Part shown: positions 40,020 to 53,976 of the stretch, in pieces
Layout of the letters: each line of letters opens with the position of its first letter
Position numbering within the stretch: position 1 is the first letter of the stretch
The notes under the pieces: model-generated
Told to the model about the DNA's origin: nothing
Databases searched by the model: none
What the model saw: the letters and a program-made list of their open reading frames with translations, nothing else
Position numbers and translations under genes: made by a program
NCBI GenBank assembly: GCA_964016885.1
Contig: OZ024741.1
Location: 318,184,001-318,248,000 of the forward strand
Length of the DNA: 64,000 nt
DNA from: Eledone cirrhosa
Taxonomy: Eukaryota
Direction: 5' to 3'

Positions 40020-40200
40020 GGATTGGCAGTATCAGTAGAGGGTCGGACGCCATGCTTTCCAGCATAGTTACGTCCCTTTACGATCTGAGTTCAAATTCCG
40101 CCGATGTTGACTTTGCCTTTCATCCTTACGGGGTCGATAAAATAAAGTACCAGTAATGCACTGGGTAATTGCTGGCCTTGTGCCTAAAATAGAAACAATT
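40020..40200 (+). mobile_element. tRNA-derived SINE
   Basis: gagttcaaattccgccgatgttgactttgcctttcatccttacggggtcgataaaataaagtaccagt...ggccttgtgcctaaa. Confidence 0.8.
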
Positions 40201-40462
40201 ATTCATTCTTTATCTACACTCCGGAATACAGAATGATCAGGAACTAAGTTTCTTCAACAATTCTTCCATAACTCGTTGAGTAACCTCTCACCGTACGTCA
40301 ACCATATCCAGTGTAGTAATTAACCATTACTATATCTAGGATAATCGTATACCTAATATATATATATATGTATGTATATATGTATATATATGTATGTATA
40401 TATATATGTATGTATATATATGTATGCATATATATATATGTATGTATATATATATATGTATG

Positions 40463-40542
<80 letters not shown>

Positions 40543-40570
40543 TATGTATATATATGTATATATATATATG

Positions 40571-40649
<79 letters not shown>

Positions 40650-40653
<4 letters not shown>

Positions 40654-40812
40654 ATAATAAATGTGAAGACTAAAATCCAAAGAGGGCTCGATAAGGATAA
40701 ATATATATCAAATATATAAGAACCCTAAAGAAAATATTTATTAAAATAACAGAATCCCGTCAAGGGTGAAAGCAGCGATTCTTTGCTTAAACTTTAATCT
40801 GTTACTTTAATA
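40650..40812. mobile_element. Minimal solo insertion of the 3757-6230 PLE family
   Basis: Tail nearly identical to 3760-3862, followed by inverted segment gggtgaaagcagcgattctttgcttaaactttaatctgtta as at 6180-6220. Confidence 0.85.
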
Positions 40813-41391
40813 TATATTGTACACAAACGGCGGACAACAGAGGCCACGTACCGTTCCTCTCCGACTAAAAACTTACCTCCTCGGAAAACCCCCCAGTTGA
40901 TGGATGCGAAATCCGAAATATAGGGACAATTAAATATCTTCCAAGGTAACTCTATCTCGTGCTATTATTTTTAGGCTCTTTCCTACGTTCCTCTACATAC
41001 TATACGTCTCATTCTACATTTCCTCTTATATCTCTCTCTTCACCACCGGATTCTGTTACCCGGAGATTTACCCATCTGCATTGTTGAGGCTTCCAAAACG
41101 ACCAAATTATATATATATATATAAATAAATACTGTATAGAATGGTTAGTCATAGGAACAACTGTAGAAGGCATGCTAAACCATATGGTAAGTAAATGAGA
41201 CGGGGTATCCAAGCCAATCTGTGAGGTCAGTAACTCCGATTAAATACTGCCACCATCGACAAACCGATGTTAAATGATGATGATGGTGATGGTGACGATG
41301 ATGATGAAGGCACGCACATATACATACCTATATGTGTGAGTAAAACTTCGTGTGTGTATTTGTGTGTGTGTATATATACATATATATATAC

Positions 41392-41428
<37 letters not shown>

Positions 41429-41467
41429 CATATACATACATATATATATATATACATATACATATAT

Positions 41468-41539
<72 letters not shown>

Positions 41540-41611
41540 ATATACATATATTTATATATATATACATATATATATACATATATATATACATATATATACA
41601 TATATATATAC

Positions 41612-41642
<31 letters not shown>

Positions 41643-42093
41643 CATATACATACATATATATATATATACATATACATATATATATATATATATATATACA
41701 TAAATATATATATACATATACATATATATATATACATATATTTATATATATATACATATATATATACATATATTTATACATATAGATACATATATATATG
41801 AGTGTGTCTGTGTGTGTGTGTGTGTCTGTATTTGGGTGAGTGTATATTTACACTTAGGTATGTATAATATATAACTATGCCTAAATATGCTTTGATGCAT
41901 ATGCATGTATTAGCATGTGCATGTGTGACTAAATAGCTGCACACACATGTTATTTACATTTCCACAAGCGAATATGAATATATTTACATCTTATTTACTT
42001 CCACACATATATACGAGTATCAGAGCCTCTCTCTTTCCCCTACCACTATTCACACATAGATACAGATTACGTATACATACATACATCTCTCTC

Positions 42094-42185
<92 letters not shown>

Positions 42186-42542
42186 TATACATATACACAC
42201 ACACCACACACATACACACATACACACACACATATATATACACATATATATATCATGACATGATAGGACACCATATGGTCATGGAATAACCTAAATTACA
42301 TTGAATGGTTGTTCCACTACTGCATCAATTGACCGAAATAATTTCCTGCTGCGAGAGAAAGTAATACACTGTTTCTATGTGTGAATACACACACACACAC
42401 ATATATACACACATATATATATAAATATGTAAATACCCACACACACACATATATATATATACCTATATTTATATACACACACATATATACATATATACAT
42501 ATATTTATATACATACACACACATATATATATATATATATGC

Positions 42543-42646
<104 letters not shown>

Positions 42647-42769
42647 GGAGAAAAAGACGATTATTAGGAAGACAAATTTCTTTTTCTTTTTCTGGGTATA
42701 TATATATGCGTGTGTGTTAGTGTGTGTGTATGTATGTATATACACATCTATATGTAAATATACACATAT

Positions 42770-43975
42770 AATTGTTTCTACTTTTGGCACAAGGCCAGCA
42801 AATACCTACTGCATTACTGGTACTTTATTTTATCGACCCAGTAAGGAAAGGCAGGATTTGAACTCAGACCGTAAAGGGGCGTAACTCTATGCGTGGCTCT
42901 ATGCGTAACTCTATTCATGGCGTCCGACAATAATAATTATTTCTACTTTTGGCACAAGACCAGCAATTACCAGTACATTACTAGTACTTTATTTTATCGA
43001 CCCCGTAAGGATGAAAGGCAAAGTTGACCTCGGCGGGATTTGAACTCAGAATGGAAAGGGCCGTACACATATAACGCTGTGGTGTATCACAAGCAGCATA
43101 TTTGTATGTGTAGTAGGTTATGTAGTTGTTTTGTACTTGGTTCGGTTCAGTACAAGGTAAGAAGACTAAGCTATGACAGTTGAGATGGAAATGATAGAAT
43201 ATAATAAAATACAATAAACCAGCTAGAACTTGTTTCAATGCGATATGTTTTGTGCTTTACTGACCGTTTAGGTCAGTGGTTCTCAACCTTTCTTTGCCAA
43301 CGGCACACCTTGGAACACATGAAAAAATAGCGGCACCCCTGGCTAAATTATATATGAAAAATATTTGAATTTTACAAAATAAAAACATGGCGAAAATAAA
43401 ATTTCGTGGCACACTTAGGAAGATCTGGTGGCACACTGGTGTGGTAACGCACTGGGGGCGATTTAATCCACTTCCCCTCTCCCCAAATTTGTTGTCCTTG
43501 TGCCTAAATCAGAAACTGTTAGTATTATTACTAGGGCAGTATCGGTAGAGGGTTGGACACCATGCTTTGCAGCATAGTGTTACGGCCCTTTATGACCTGA
43601 GTTCAAATCCCGCCGAGGTTAACTTTGCCTTTCATCCTTACGAGGTCGGTAAAATAAAGTACCAGTCACGCACCGGGGTCGATTTAAACGATTTATCCCT
43701 CCTCCCAAATTGCTGGCCTTGTGCCTATATAAGAAACCATTATGTACCAGTAATGTACTGCGATAATTGCTGGCTTTGTGCCAAAAGTAGAAACAACTAT
43801 TATTAGGGCTGTGGATTGACAGAATCGGCTGGGCGTCGGACAACATGCTTTGCGACATATAGTTACGCCCCTTTACGTCTGAGTTCAAATCCCGCCGAAG
43901 TTAACGCTGTCTTTTATCGTTAAGGGGTCGATAAAGTACTAGTAACGTACTGATATGGATTTAATCGACTGTCGG
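42770..43975. mobile_element. Cluster of SINE copies in both orientations
   Basis: Minus copies ~42770-42890 and ~42935-43055; plus copies ~43445-43740 and ~43745-43970. Confidence 0.8.
43274..43440. mobile_element. hAT (Charlie-type) MITE remnant
   Basis: Begins CAGTGGTTCTCAACC with repeated ggcacac subterminal motifs; other end and TSD not found. Confidence 0.55.
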
Positions 43976-44183
43976 ATAGAACACGTACTATAGTAGTATA
44001 CATACACACATACACATATATACATATATACAAACATATGTATACACGTATGTATGCATGTATGGGTGTGTGTGAGAGGATATGTGACTGCGTGTTTATG
44101 TATGCATGTGTGTGTACGCTTACTTGTGTATGTGTATCTGCATTTATTTATGTGTATGAGTGTGGATGTGAGTGTGTATGTTT

Positions 44184-44252
<69 letters not shown>

Positions 44253-44525
44253 TATAAATATATAAATATATAAATATATATATATATATATATGCGCCTG
44301 TGTATGCACGCATTTGTATTTGCTCTTGCTAGCAAGTAATAAACTATTGTCTGGAACTAATTGAAGATGGAGGTCGATACATCAATGCAAATTGCATTCA
44401 ATATACGGGATATTAGTTTTATCGAATTCTTAAACCGATGTTCCTGCCCTAACACATGCATAGGGTTCAGGGTTCACAGCGGAAACTAACGAGGTGATTT
44501 GGTTTGAGAAGTTACCATATCTCTC

Positions 44526-44570
<45 letters not shown>

Positions 44571-44718
44571 CTCTCTTTCTCTCCCTCTCTCTCTCTCTCT
44601 GTCCTATATCTATATATCTATATATCTATATTATATATTTATATATATATATATATTTATTTAGCGGCGATGAATTAGTTTTGCGAGGTTTTTTATATGA
44701 AATCGTGTGTCGAAACAG

Positions 44719-45550
44719 ATATTGTTATATTTGGGGAGGGTCATATTTGCGTAATATTGCCAGAATTAATAACAGAACACACTCACTGTTTGGTTGGTTT
44801 TCGCTTCTCGCTGTCTTTTATATATATATATCTGCGATCTAACTTACTCGGTCCTCAATGTTGCCATTGACTGACCGGCGGTCAAAAATAAAATAATACA
44901 GATACAATATAGACAAACACATATATATATAGTTTACATAAATCTTTCGTTGCACATCTGTTGCACAGTGTTGTTTGTTTGGGTGTTGTTGGAACAACAA
45001 CAACACCCAAACAAACAACACTGACCTAAGAGAAGTATAAATAAATAAGTAAATTAAATTAAATAAAATAAGATAAATAAATACATACACAAGCACATAA
45101 ACACACACTAGTCACCCAGCAAACACAACACTATACACACTAGTCACACATCACACACGCAAACGCATGCGCAAAGAAGACAAAATAAAATAAGATAAAC
45201 AAACAAGCAAATAAATAAATAAATATATAGACGGACTGAACAAAAAAAATGGCGTAGACATACAACACAACAGGAGGAACAATGAATATAACACCACTGA
45301 CGATGTTGCAGATGTGCAACGAAAGATTTATGTAAACTATATATATATGTGTTTGTCTATATTGTATCTGTATTATTTTATTTTTGACCGCCGGTCAGTC
45401 AATGGCAACATTGAGGACCGAGTAAGTTAGATCGCAGATATATATATATAAAAGACAGCGAGAAGCGAAAACCAACCAAACAGTGAGTGTGTTCTGTTAT
45501 TAATTCTGGCAATATTACGCAAATATGACCCTCCCCAAATATAACAATAT
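44719..45550. repeat. Inverted repeat, 242-bp arms (44719-44960 / 45309-45550), 348-bp spacer
   Basis: Arms appear identical by eye; CTGACGA-t-gttgca-gatg-tgcaac-GAAA at 45297-45324 spans the inner junction. Confidence 0.9.
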
Positions 45551-45623
45551 ATATTTATTTATATATATATATATATATTTATATACATACGTATCTATTT
45601 ATTTATTTATCTATCTCTGTATG

Positions 45624-45673
<50 letters not shown>

Positions 45674-45679
45674 CTCGAA

Positions 45680-48160
45680 TATCAGGTTTGAAGCGCGAGT
45701 GTATTAGAATTCGTAGAATAATGAGAACTCAACGCAAGGAAGCTGTTAGAACAGCAAAATGCCGTCAATGGCAGCGTAGGGTTTAAATGTACCTCAAAGG
45801 ATAGAAATCAGCGGGTAAAAGCGTGTTGGCTCTCAGAAATGATAGAAAGAAAGGAGAAAAGGATGAAAATGGGCGAGAGAAGATCATACAAATCAGTAAG
45901 AGGAAGGGAAGCGTGGGGGAGAGAGGGAATGAATGAAAGAAGGGGAAAAAGGAAGATGGAAATATATATATATATATATCCGTGAAGATAGCAAAACGCA
46001 TAGCGCCCATAGGGGAAGCAACAATGTGGGAACCACCAGCAACCCAACAAATCTCCAACAACTCACGACGCCCCCAACCCACACATATAAGAGGTGACAC
46101 AGAAAAATCACGTGGTACAACCCACCCTACTCAGCGGCCCTAAAGAACAGCTTGGCCCGATCATTCTTTGGAGCACTTCATAAATGCTTCCCGAGGGACC
46201 ATAGATACCACAAGATCTTCAACAGACACACTGTGAAGCTCTCGTATTCCACCACGAGAAATCTGGCCCAACACATAGCTAGCATCAACAGGAGTAGGCT
46301 TAAAAGTCACACACAACCAGAAGATGGCAATACAAGCACCCAGCAGAACCATGTGGAAGGAGAGAAGGCCCACCCAAGAAACCCAAACAGACCCGGGGAC
46401 CCCCCACCGTGCCCGAGGGAAGACCACCATGTAACACTTAACGGGAACCCCACTCTAGGCACGCAGAGGTCGACCACTCTCTGCAACTGCAGAAACCCCC
46501 GAATCATGCCCCCTTAGTAATGAATGCCTTAAGAAGAACCTAGTATACGGTTATAGGGTTAAAACCCCCTAACTCCGAACACTTCTACATAGGAGCCACA
46601 TCAACGAGCTTTAAAGACCGTTGGTATAACCATCGCCATTCCTTCAATAAGGAGGCCAAAAGGAAAAGTACGGCTCTCTCCGACCTGATCTGGAAGCTTA
46701 AGCTGGACAGGACCCCGTACTCTCTGGCCTGGTCCATAATCAGGAAAGTACCACCCGATAAAGGGGGATCTGGCATATACAAACTATGTCTGAACGAGAT
46801 CCTCGAGATACTAAGGGGTGGAAGCCGCCTGATAAACCTCAGGACTGACTTCTTCAGGACATGCAGACACCTCAGATATATGGACAGTAGCAACACAATA
46901 AGATGTGAACTCCCCTCAAGCTATAGGACCAACCCAGGCTGAGCAGACACCATGATAGCCTAGAGATTGATTCTGACACAACCTTTATAATTTGGCCAAC
47001 ATCTTTATAACACACACACATTTTACTTTACTTGATTTTTCATTTTTCATTTTTCATTATTCATTTGTTATTTGTTTTCTGTTTTCTTCACTTTATCACC
47101 TTATATTTTTTATTTAAGTTGAGATTGGTTATAACACACATTTTATTTGATTATCCTATTTCGTTTTATTCTTTTACCATCTTGTTCCTCCTACCACTTT
47201 ATCCAACATATTTCTGACCTTGAGATTGGTTAGCACACACACATTTTATTTTATTTGAATCTTCATTTATATTTTTCACTTTTCATTTTAATTTTTAATT
47301 TTCCATTTTCATTTTTCATTACTTTTTCATTAATTTTTCATTTATTTTCTGTTTTCTTCATTTTATTGCCTTCTATTTCTTCATATACACGGCAGACCCC
47401 CCACCTCCCACCACCACCACCACGGGAGATGGTGGCAGGAGGTATGAAGAAACACACACACAGATACTTCTAAATATCAGCAGCAGCAAGACATAGGCTG
47501 ACCACAACACAAACAACACTACCCAAATAAGGGTAGAGGTCAGATGTACTTAACAATAGCAAACACAAACACTACAGGGAGCCTCACCCCAGAAAGAATT
47601 TCTATAGACTTTTGACTGAGGAATGCTCTCAAAACTGACCAATGGGAAGAGTGACCTTACAAACTTTTATAACATTTTATTCGATTATTTTATTTTATTT
47701 TGTTCCTTTACCATCTTATTCCTTCTACCACTTTATCATTTTTTTGAGCTGACTCCAACAACAACACCACTACCAACATAAGAATAGAGGTCAGATGTAC
47801 CTAACAATAACAAGAACAACAACTACAGATTGGCTGGCCTCAGAACGAATTTCTATAGACTTTTGAATGAGGAATGTTCTAACAACTGACCAATGAGAGG
47901 AGAAGAGGCCCTTTGACGCTGAAATTCGTTTGTTTAAATTCATATGATTCTAGTTCCTCAGTGAAATAAAAACCCAACCAGGAACTGGGCATATCAGAGT
48001 ATTGACAAAGTTAAACACCTCAACGACATGTGTACTCGTCTATACCACACTAATTCGGACTGCCTGAAGAGGTCACAGCTAAAGATGGCTGTCAACGAAA
48101 TATATATATAGCAGTAATAAACGAAGCCAAATTTTAAACATTTGACTAATTTATTTTATT
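45680..48160 (+). mobile_element. Second Penelope-like element, 5'-truncated and decayed
   Basis: KITWYNPPY..KIFNRHTVKLSYSTTRN, CNCRNP, then (frameshifted) NLVY..FYIGATSTSFKDRWYNHRHSF..LCLNEILEIL..CRH; long 3' region with internal duplications ending in an HHR; (TA)n flanks. Confidence 0.88.
48059..48115 (+). ncRNA. Type I hammerhead ribozyme at PLE 3' end
   Basis: actgc-CTGAAGA-ggtc-acagct-aaaga-tggctgt-caac-GAAA-tatatatata-gcagt. Confidence 0.8.
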
Positions 48161-48253
48161 TTATATATATATATACATATATATGCCAAAAATACTCTAT
48201 TTAGGGAAGTATAAGTGAGATAGACTAAAAGAAAGTCTCACTCATATAAACGT

Positions 48254-48351
48254 CTCCCTACCATGGTTTCAGAAACGAAAGAAACAGTACCAGGAATTTC
48301 AAATCATTGGAATAACTAATACTGTAAGAATTGGTTCTTTCGTCAGGGGAG
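48254..48351 (-). ncRNA. Type I hammerhead with ~70-nt stem II region
   Basis: Minus strand: ctccc-CTGACGA-(insert)-GAAA-ccatg-GTA-gggag; perfect stem I, palindromic stem III accatggt. Confidence 0.72.
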
Positions 48352-48459
48352 TATTCTTCGGAAAAAGAGGACTCTGATCATAAAGTATACAGACTATTTC
48401 GTTGTTGAAGCCGCATGGTACCAATGGTACCAAACACGTTGCTTTGTTGAACTACTAAA

Positions 48460-48660
48460 TGAACAAATCTCTCTATATATATATTGGACAATGCGATGAG
48501 ATTTTAATGACGCTAGACATAGTAGCAAAAAAAAGAGACGAATAACCTTTTAATATTAACAACTCCTCCATTGTAGAGTTGATTTAGACGGTTTGGGGCT
48601 GCTATTTCTAGCGTCATTATAAGCTGTCCGCATTGCCTTTATATATAGAGAGATTTGTTA
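48460..48660. repeat. Old imperfect inverted repeat
   Basis: aacaaatctctctatatat..caatgcg..taatgacgctaga.atag.agc mirrored by gctgctatttctagcgtcatta..cgcattg..atatatagagagatttgtt. Confidence 0.7.
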
Positions 48661-48789
48661 AGGCTAGAAAAGGTAACTAGCCAAAACCACCGAGCTAGCG
48701 GTCGATCCTCTACTTTCACTAATATATCCACCCTGCATTATATATATTGAGTACTTCTCTGATTCGCGGTCTTTCTGGTCCCGTACCGC

Positions 48790-48849
<60 letters not shown>

Positions 48850-49174
48850 TAAATCTACCACAATATACGGTAGCGTCCAAGCCGTATGAAAAACTCAAAG
48901 TAATCCAAATATCATGAAAGAGAAGATGCATTCAAAAATTTTCGATAAAAATGATAGGAAAACAGAGTCAAGATAAATTAATAAAAACATTGAAATAAAA
49001 ACAAAGAACAAGTTCCTTATATTAAAAAAAATCATCATTTTACGATCGTTTCTGGGATGTATATATGTGTTGGTATGAATATCATATAGATCTATGTAAA
49101 AATATTACAAATTATCAGAGGAAATATACACACCTTCACATATACATGCCGTCCTTTGAAATATATATATATAA

Positions 49175-49339
49175 GTCCCGGGATCAATCGGGGGGTAACC
49201 ACAGTAAATAAGGTACTCAATACATTAGTAGAGTGTAAACGTCATGTTTAATATAGAAAATGCTTCTACAGGACTAGAACTGTTTCATTCAAAAGAAATC
49301 ATCAGGAAAGTTTTCCTGATGATTTCTTTTCTATATTAA

Positions 49340-49342
<3 letters not shown>
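49175..49342. mobile_element. Fold-back element, family B
   Basis: Same tail; agaaatcatcaggaaa-gt-tttcctgatgatttct palindrome; minus strand CTGATGA-tttc-tttt-gaat-GAAAC. Confidence 0.7.
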
Positions 49343-49404
<62 letters not shown>

Positions 49405-49866
49405 GTTCGGCAACCAGAGTTGACCTAGTGCTATTCAACAATTACACACAATTAAAGTTATTTGATAAAATAAATGTTTGAAAGGTCAAAATGTTGCGAA
49501 GGATATTAGATATTGGGAATAAAAGAACACGAAAAGATAGACTACGTGGATGGTTAAATGTAAACGGTTTATTAGTTGATGAAAGTAATTAGTGATGCTT
49601 ATAGAATGAAGCCAATACCATCAGGTGGTGCTTATAGAATAACAATACCATCTATTTACTAGTTTCTATAGAACGACAATATCATTTGGTGATGTTAATA
49701 GAATGATAGTACCAACATCGCTGGAACGATCTTTCAACGGAGTTAATTTGTTTAAAAATATTTTTCTTTCGTATTTATAAAGCTATACTTTTAACTTCAA
49801 TCACACGTACATAAAAACACGCAAACACACAAACACACACATACGTACATAAGCGCGCACACACAC

Positions 49867-49902
<36 letters not shown>

Positions 49903-49927
49903 TACTCACATAGGCAAATATATATAC

Positions 49928-49999
<72 letters not shown>

Positions 50000-50207
50000 A
50001 AGAGGTATAAGTCAACATTTCATAATTTACTTTCATTACCGTTATATATATTTCGGTATTATCCACAATTCAACAGTTATGACCTCTACTGACATTTAGA
50101 AGCAGCACATAGAAAACATAAAAAACTAAGTTTTTCCTGGAGAACAAATACCAGAGAAACGTTTTTAACGGTTATTTTTACTTTCTGATATATATATATA
50201 TATGTTT

Positions 50208-50395
50208 ATCCAGGGTTCAATCGGGGGGTAACCACAGTAAGTGGCAGTAACCATAGCAGAGTATAAATATTTAATATAGAAATGGCTTCTACAGGACTAG
50301 AACTGTTTTATTCAGGAAAAATCACAAGGAAACTCCTGATGATTTCTCCCGAAACAGTTCTAGTCCTGTAGAAGCCATTTCTATATTAAATATAT
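50208..50395. mobile_element. Fold-back element, family B
   Basis: tttaatatagaaatggcttctacaggactagaactgttt mirrored at 50352-50390; CTGATGA-tttctccc-GAAAC at 50336-50355. Confidence 0.75.
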
Positions 50396-50405
50396 ATATG
50401 CGTGT

Positions 50406-50462
<57 letters not shown>

Positions 50463-50965
50463 CTCAGACATGGTTGAGTGGTTAAGGAGTCCGTTTAGCA
50501 ACCCCGTGGTTTCGGGTTCAGTCACACTGTATTGCATGTAACTTTTATATTCTGAAATTTGTATTAAATCAATAAAAGAATTGTTATTCTTTAACCTATT
50601 TCCCCAATGATACTTTCATCCTTAATTATTTATCTAAATTAATCACTACCGTAAAAAGTCAAAGTAATTGCCACAATTAACATGTTCACCCTTCAAGCAG
50701 TGTACTAAGATTTGGCTTCAGTACAGGTGGCATTAGCTCTTATTTACAGATTATTACAAACGTTATAGGATAATAATTTCCATTTGTAACACCATTTATA
50801 ATCGTTCCCAAAATTCTGAAGTTAATTCGTATGTTCTGAAATAAATATATAAATATAAGATATAAACTTTACCTATTCACGTATCACTAAAGTACCTTTT
50901 ATAATCCTAAATCAATCAATATTTACCTAAGATGTACATACGCTATTATACGGTAGTTAACAGGG

Positions 50966-51437
50966 CTTGTCCGACCGCTTCCTCTTCGCACCGCTCGCCG
51001 TTGATACCTCAGCCGTCCTCGGACCCCATATTACCGAGCTCCTCCGCAGCATAGAAATGTCAGCAGCCCGTTTGAAGAAGAAGGAGCCCAGCGAGGTGGG
51101 ATGGCTGCTGGGAGTATCGCTGGCCATTGTCCGTAGAAATGCCTTTGCAGTTTTGTCTGCGAGGAGATCACCCTTTCCTCTTCCCTCCCCCTTTCTTCTG
51201 TGACCCAAGCGTTCTTGCCTTTTGTCTCCTTTTCCTTTCATTTATGGCATTTATAGTCCTTTCCTCCACTTTCCCATACAGCCAGATCTGCCTTATTTAT
51301 CCATTCCCCCTTTTTCTCATTACTAAATTTTGTTTATATCTTTCTTTTTCATATTTCTATCATTATATAACTTCTTTTCTATTTGTAATGTTATATAACT
51401 GAATAATAAAACCCTAATTTACAGAACAAAAAAAAAA
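50966..51437 (+). mobile_element. CRE-like LINE 3' fragment with poly(A) and target-site duplication
   Basis: FLFAPLAVDTSAVLGP...SLAIVRRNA; AATAAA and poly(A); agttaacaggg (50955-50965) vs agctaacaggg (51438-51448). Confidence 0.8.
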
Positions 51438-51469
51438 AGCTAACAGGGTTATTTTGTTAATTAAATTCT

Positions 51470-51870
51470 AGAGGAGGGCGGTAGATTAGCATGGGACAAA
51501 TATTTCATTGGATTTGTTTCGGCTTTATATGTTTAGGGTCCAAAACCTGAACCTGCTGGGGTCAACTTCGCCTTTCATCGTTCTGAAGTCAATAAACTAA
51601 AGTACCAGTCAAATACTGAAGTCTGTATGATCAACTTTCTAAATTGCTAGTCTTGTGTCTAAATTAGAAACCATTAGAGTGTCACACACCATGCTTTGAA
51701 GCATAGAGTGGTGGCTCTTTACGTTCCGAGTTCAAAACTCGCCAAGGTTAGCTTTGCCTTTCATACTTACGGGCTCTATAAAATAAAGCACCAGCAATAC
51801 ACTGGGGTCGATTTAATCGACTTTCCTTTCCTCTTCAAATTGCTGGCCTTGTGCCTAAAGTAGAAATAAT
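51470..51870 (+). mobile_element. Two tandem SINE copies
   Basis: gtcaacttcgcctttcatc...aaagtaccagt and gagttcaaaactcgccaaggttagctttgcctttcat...ggccttgtgcctaaa. Confidence 0.75.
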
Positions 51871-51949
51871 AATTTATAATCTAATAGGGTTACAATTTTA
51901 ACTTTTGAGATAATTCTCACGGCCAACGGCAGGCCTACCGCTCTTATGA

Positions 51950-52009
<60 letters not shown>

Positions 52010-52470
52010 TCCTCACCATCTCCTCCCCTCTCACAGACATTTGCGTCAACATAAACCTTAGTACCTTCTTCATCTGATCCCTCCATTTTCTGTCATCCTA
52101 AATAATCATTTTTTCTAGATATCTATCTATTACGTGTTTTCATAAATTGTTTAGCGTCTCCCTTGCGACTAAAATTTCTAAATGTAATCTCGTCTAATAA
52201 TGGTTCCGAGACAGTTCGTCCATATTTTAACCGTCCTCCTCCCACACACATGCACACACACACACATACATACTCATATACACACACACACATACATACT
52301 CATATATACACACACACACATATATATATATATAAATGTTTGCAGTACGAGGACCGGTAAGATTACAAATCAGAGCAGTACCCGATGCATGGAGAGATGC
52401 AGAATTACTTTATTAATGAGGTAGGGACTCGACCGCGAGCTAGAGCGATTTCCGCTTGTTACATCCTTAA

Positions 52471-52524
<54 letters not shown>

Positions 52525-52552
52525 CATACATGTATGTATATATATATATATG

Positions 52553-52625
<73 letters not shown>

Positions 52626-52679
52626 GCAAGTAGCTCTTTGTTAGCATACTGTCAGATATATATAAAGGCCAAAACACCA

Positions 52680-52737
<58 letters not shown>

Positions 52738-53780
52738 TAGAGGTGTGACACACGAGTTGTGATATATTAGTAAAAAGGAAAAGAAAATGCTGACATATTT
52801 AGTTTAATTAGGAATAAGTATAAATTAGTAATAAGTATTAATTAGTATTTAGTTTTAGTTTTAAGTTTTTACCGGTTGCGCATTTTTTATGCTTTTCAAA
52901 AATAATTTTGAGATAGAGTGCTCGTGATGTCTGTTCTAATCTGATCAGTTTTGGAAATTCTTCCTGTTTTATGTGAAAAAAGTGGCTCCACAGGTATTAA
53001 GATTTGGTTGAATGTCACGTGAATAAGCACTATAAATTTCGCGCCAATTCGCGTTGCAAAAATTCTTGTAGTCAAAACAACTTCGGTCGGTAGAAGTCAC
53101 GTGAATGTTTAAATTGATTTTAGCGCGAACTGGTTTCGCGCCAAATGTAGGTTTGTCGAAGAGTGTCCTTTTCCGCTTGATTGAGTTCCAGTCATGTTGA
53201 GAGTCATAATGGAAATGAATCATTTCCATTATCACAACAATGAACCACTTTGCTACACACTCACACACACATATTTGTCTTAATGGACACCTGAACTGTT
53301 GACCTCTCAACATGACTGCAACTCAATCAAGCGGCAAAGGACACTCTTCGACAAACCTACATTTGTCGCGAAACCAGTTCACGCTAAAATCAATTTAAAC
53401 AATCACGTGACTTCTACCGACTAATCAAAATTGTTTTGACTACAAGAATTTTTGCAACACAAATTGGCGCGAAATTTATAGTGTTTATTCACGTGATATT
53501 CAACAACCAACCAAATCTTAATACCTGTGGAGCCACTTTTCTCACATAAAACAGGAAGAATTTCCAAAACTGATCAGATTAGAGCAGACATCACGAGCAC
53601 TCTATCTCAAAATTATTTTTGAAAAGCATAAGAAATGCGCAACCGGTAAAAACTTAAAACTAAAACTGAATACTAATTAATACTTATTACTAATGTATAC
53701 TTATTCCCAATTAAACTATTTTCCACCGCATTTTCTTTTCCTTTTTACTAATATATCACAACTCGTGTGTCACACCTCTA
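52738..53780. repeat. ~1-kb fold-back (arms ~52738-53206 and ~53300-53780) in (TA)n
   Basis: Arms are reverse-complementary with scattered substitutions and small indels; ~93-bp spacer. Confidence 0.92.
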
Positions 53781-53786
53781 TTTTTT

Positions 53787-53837
<51 letters not shown>

Positions 53838-53976
53838 TATACATACATTCATTTATACATTGCTATTTGAGAGCACCAATCCTGATACCTAATTTTTGCT
53901 GGACTGGCAATCGCTCTGTATAATCAGCTCCTGATTATTACTGGAATTCTATAAGAATCCAGCTTCTATAATTTTC

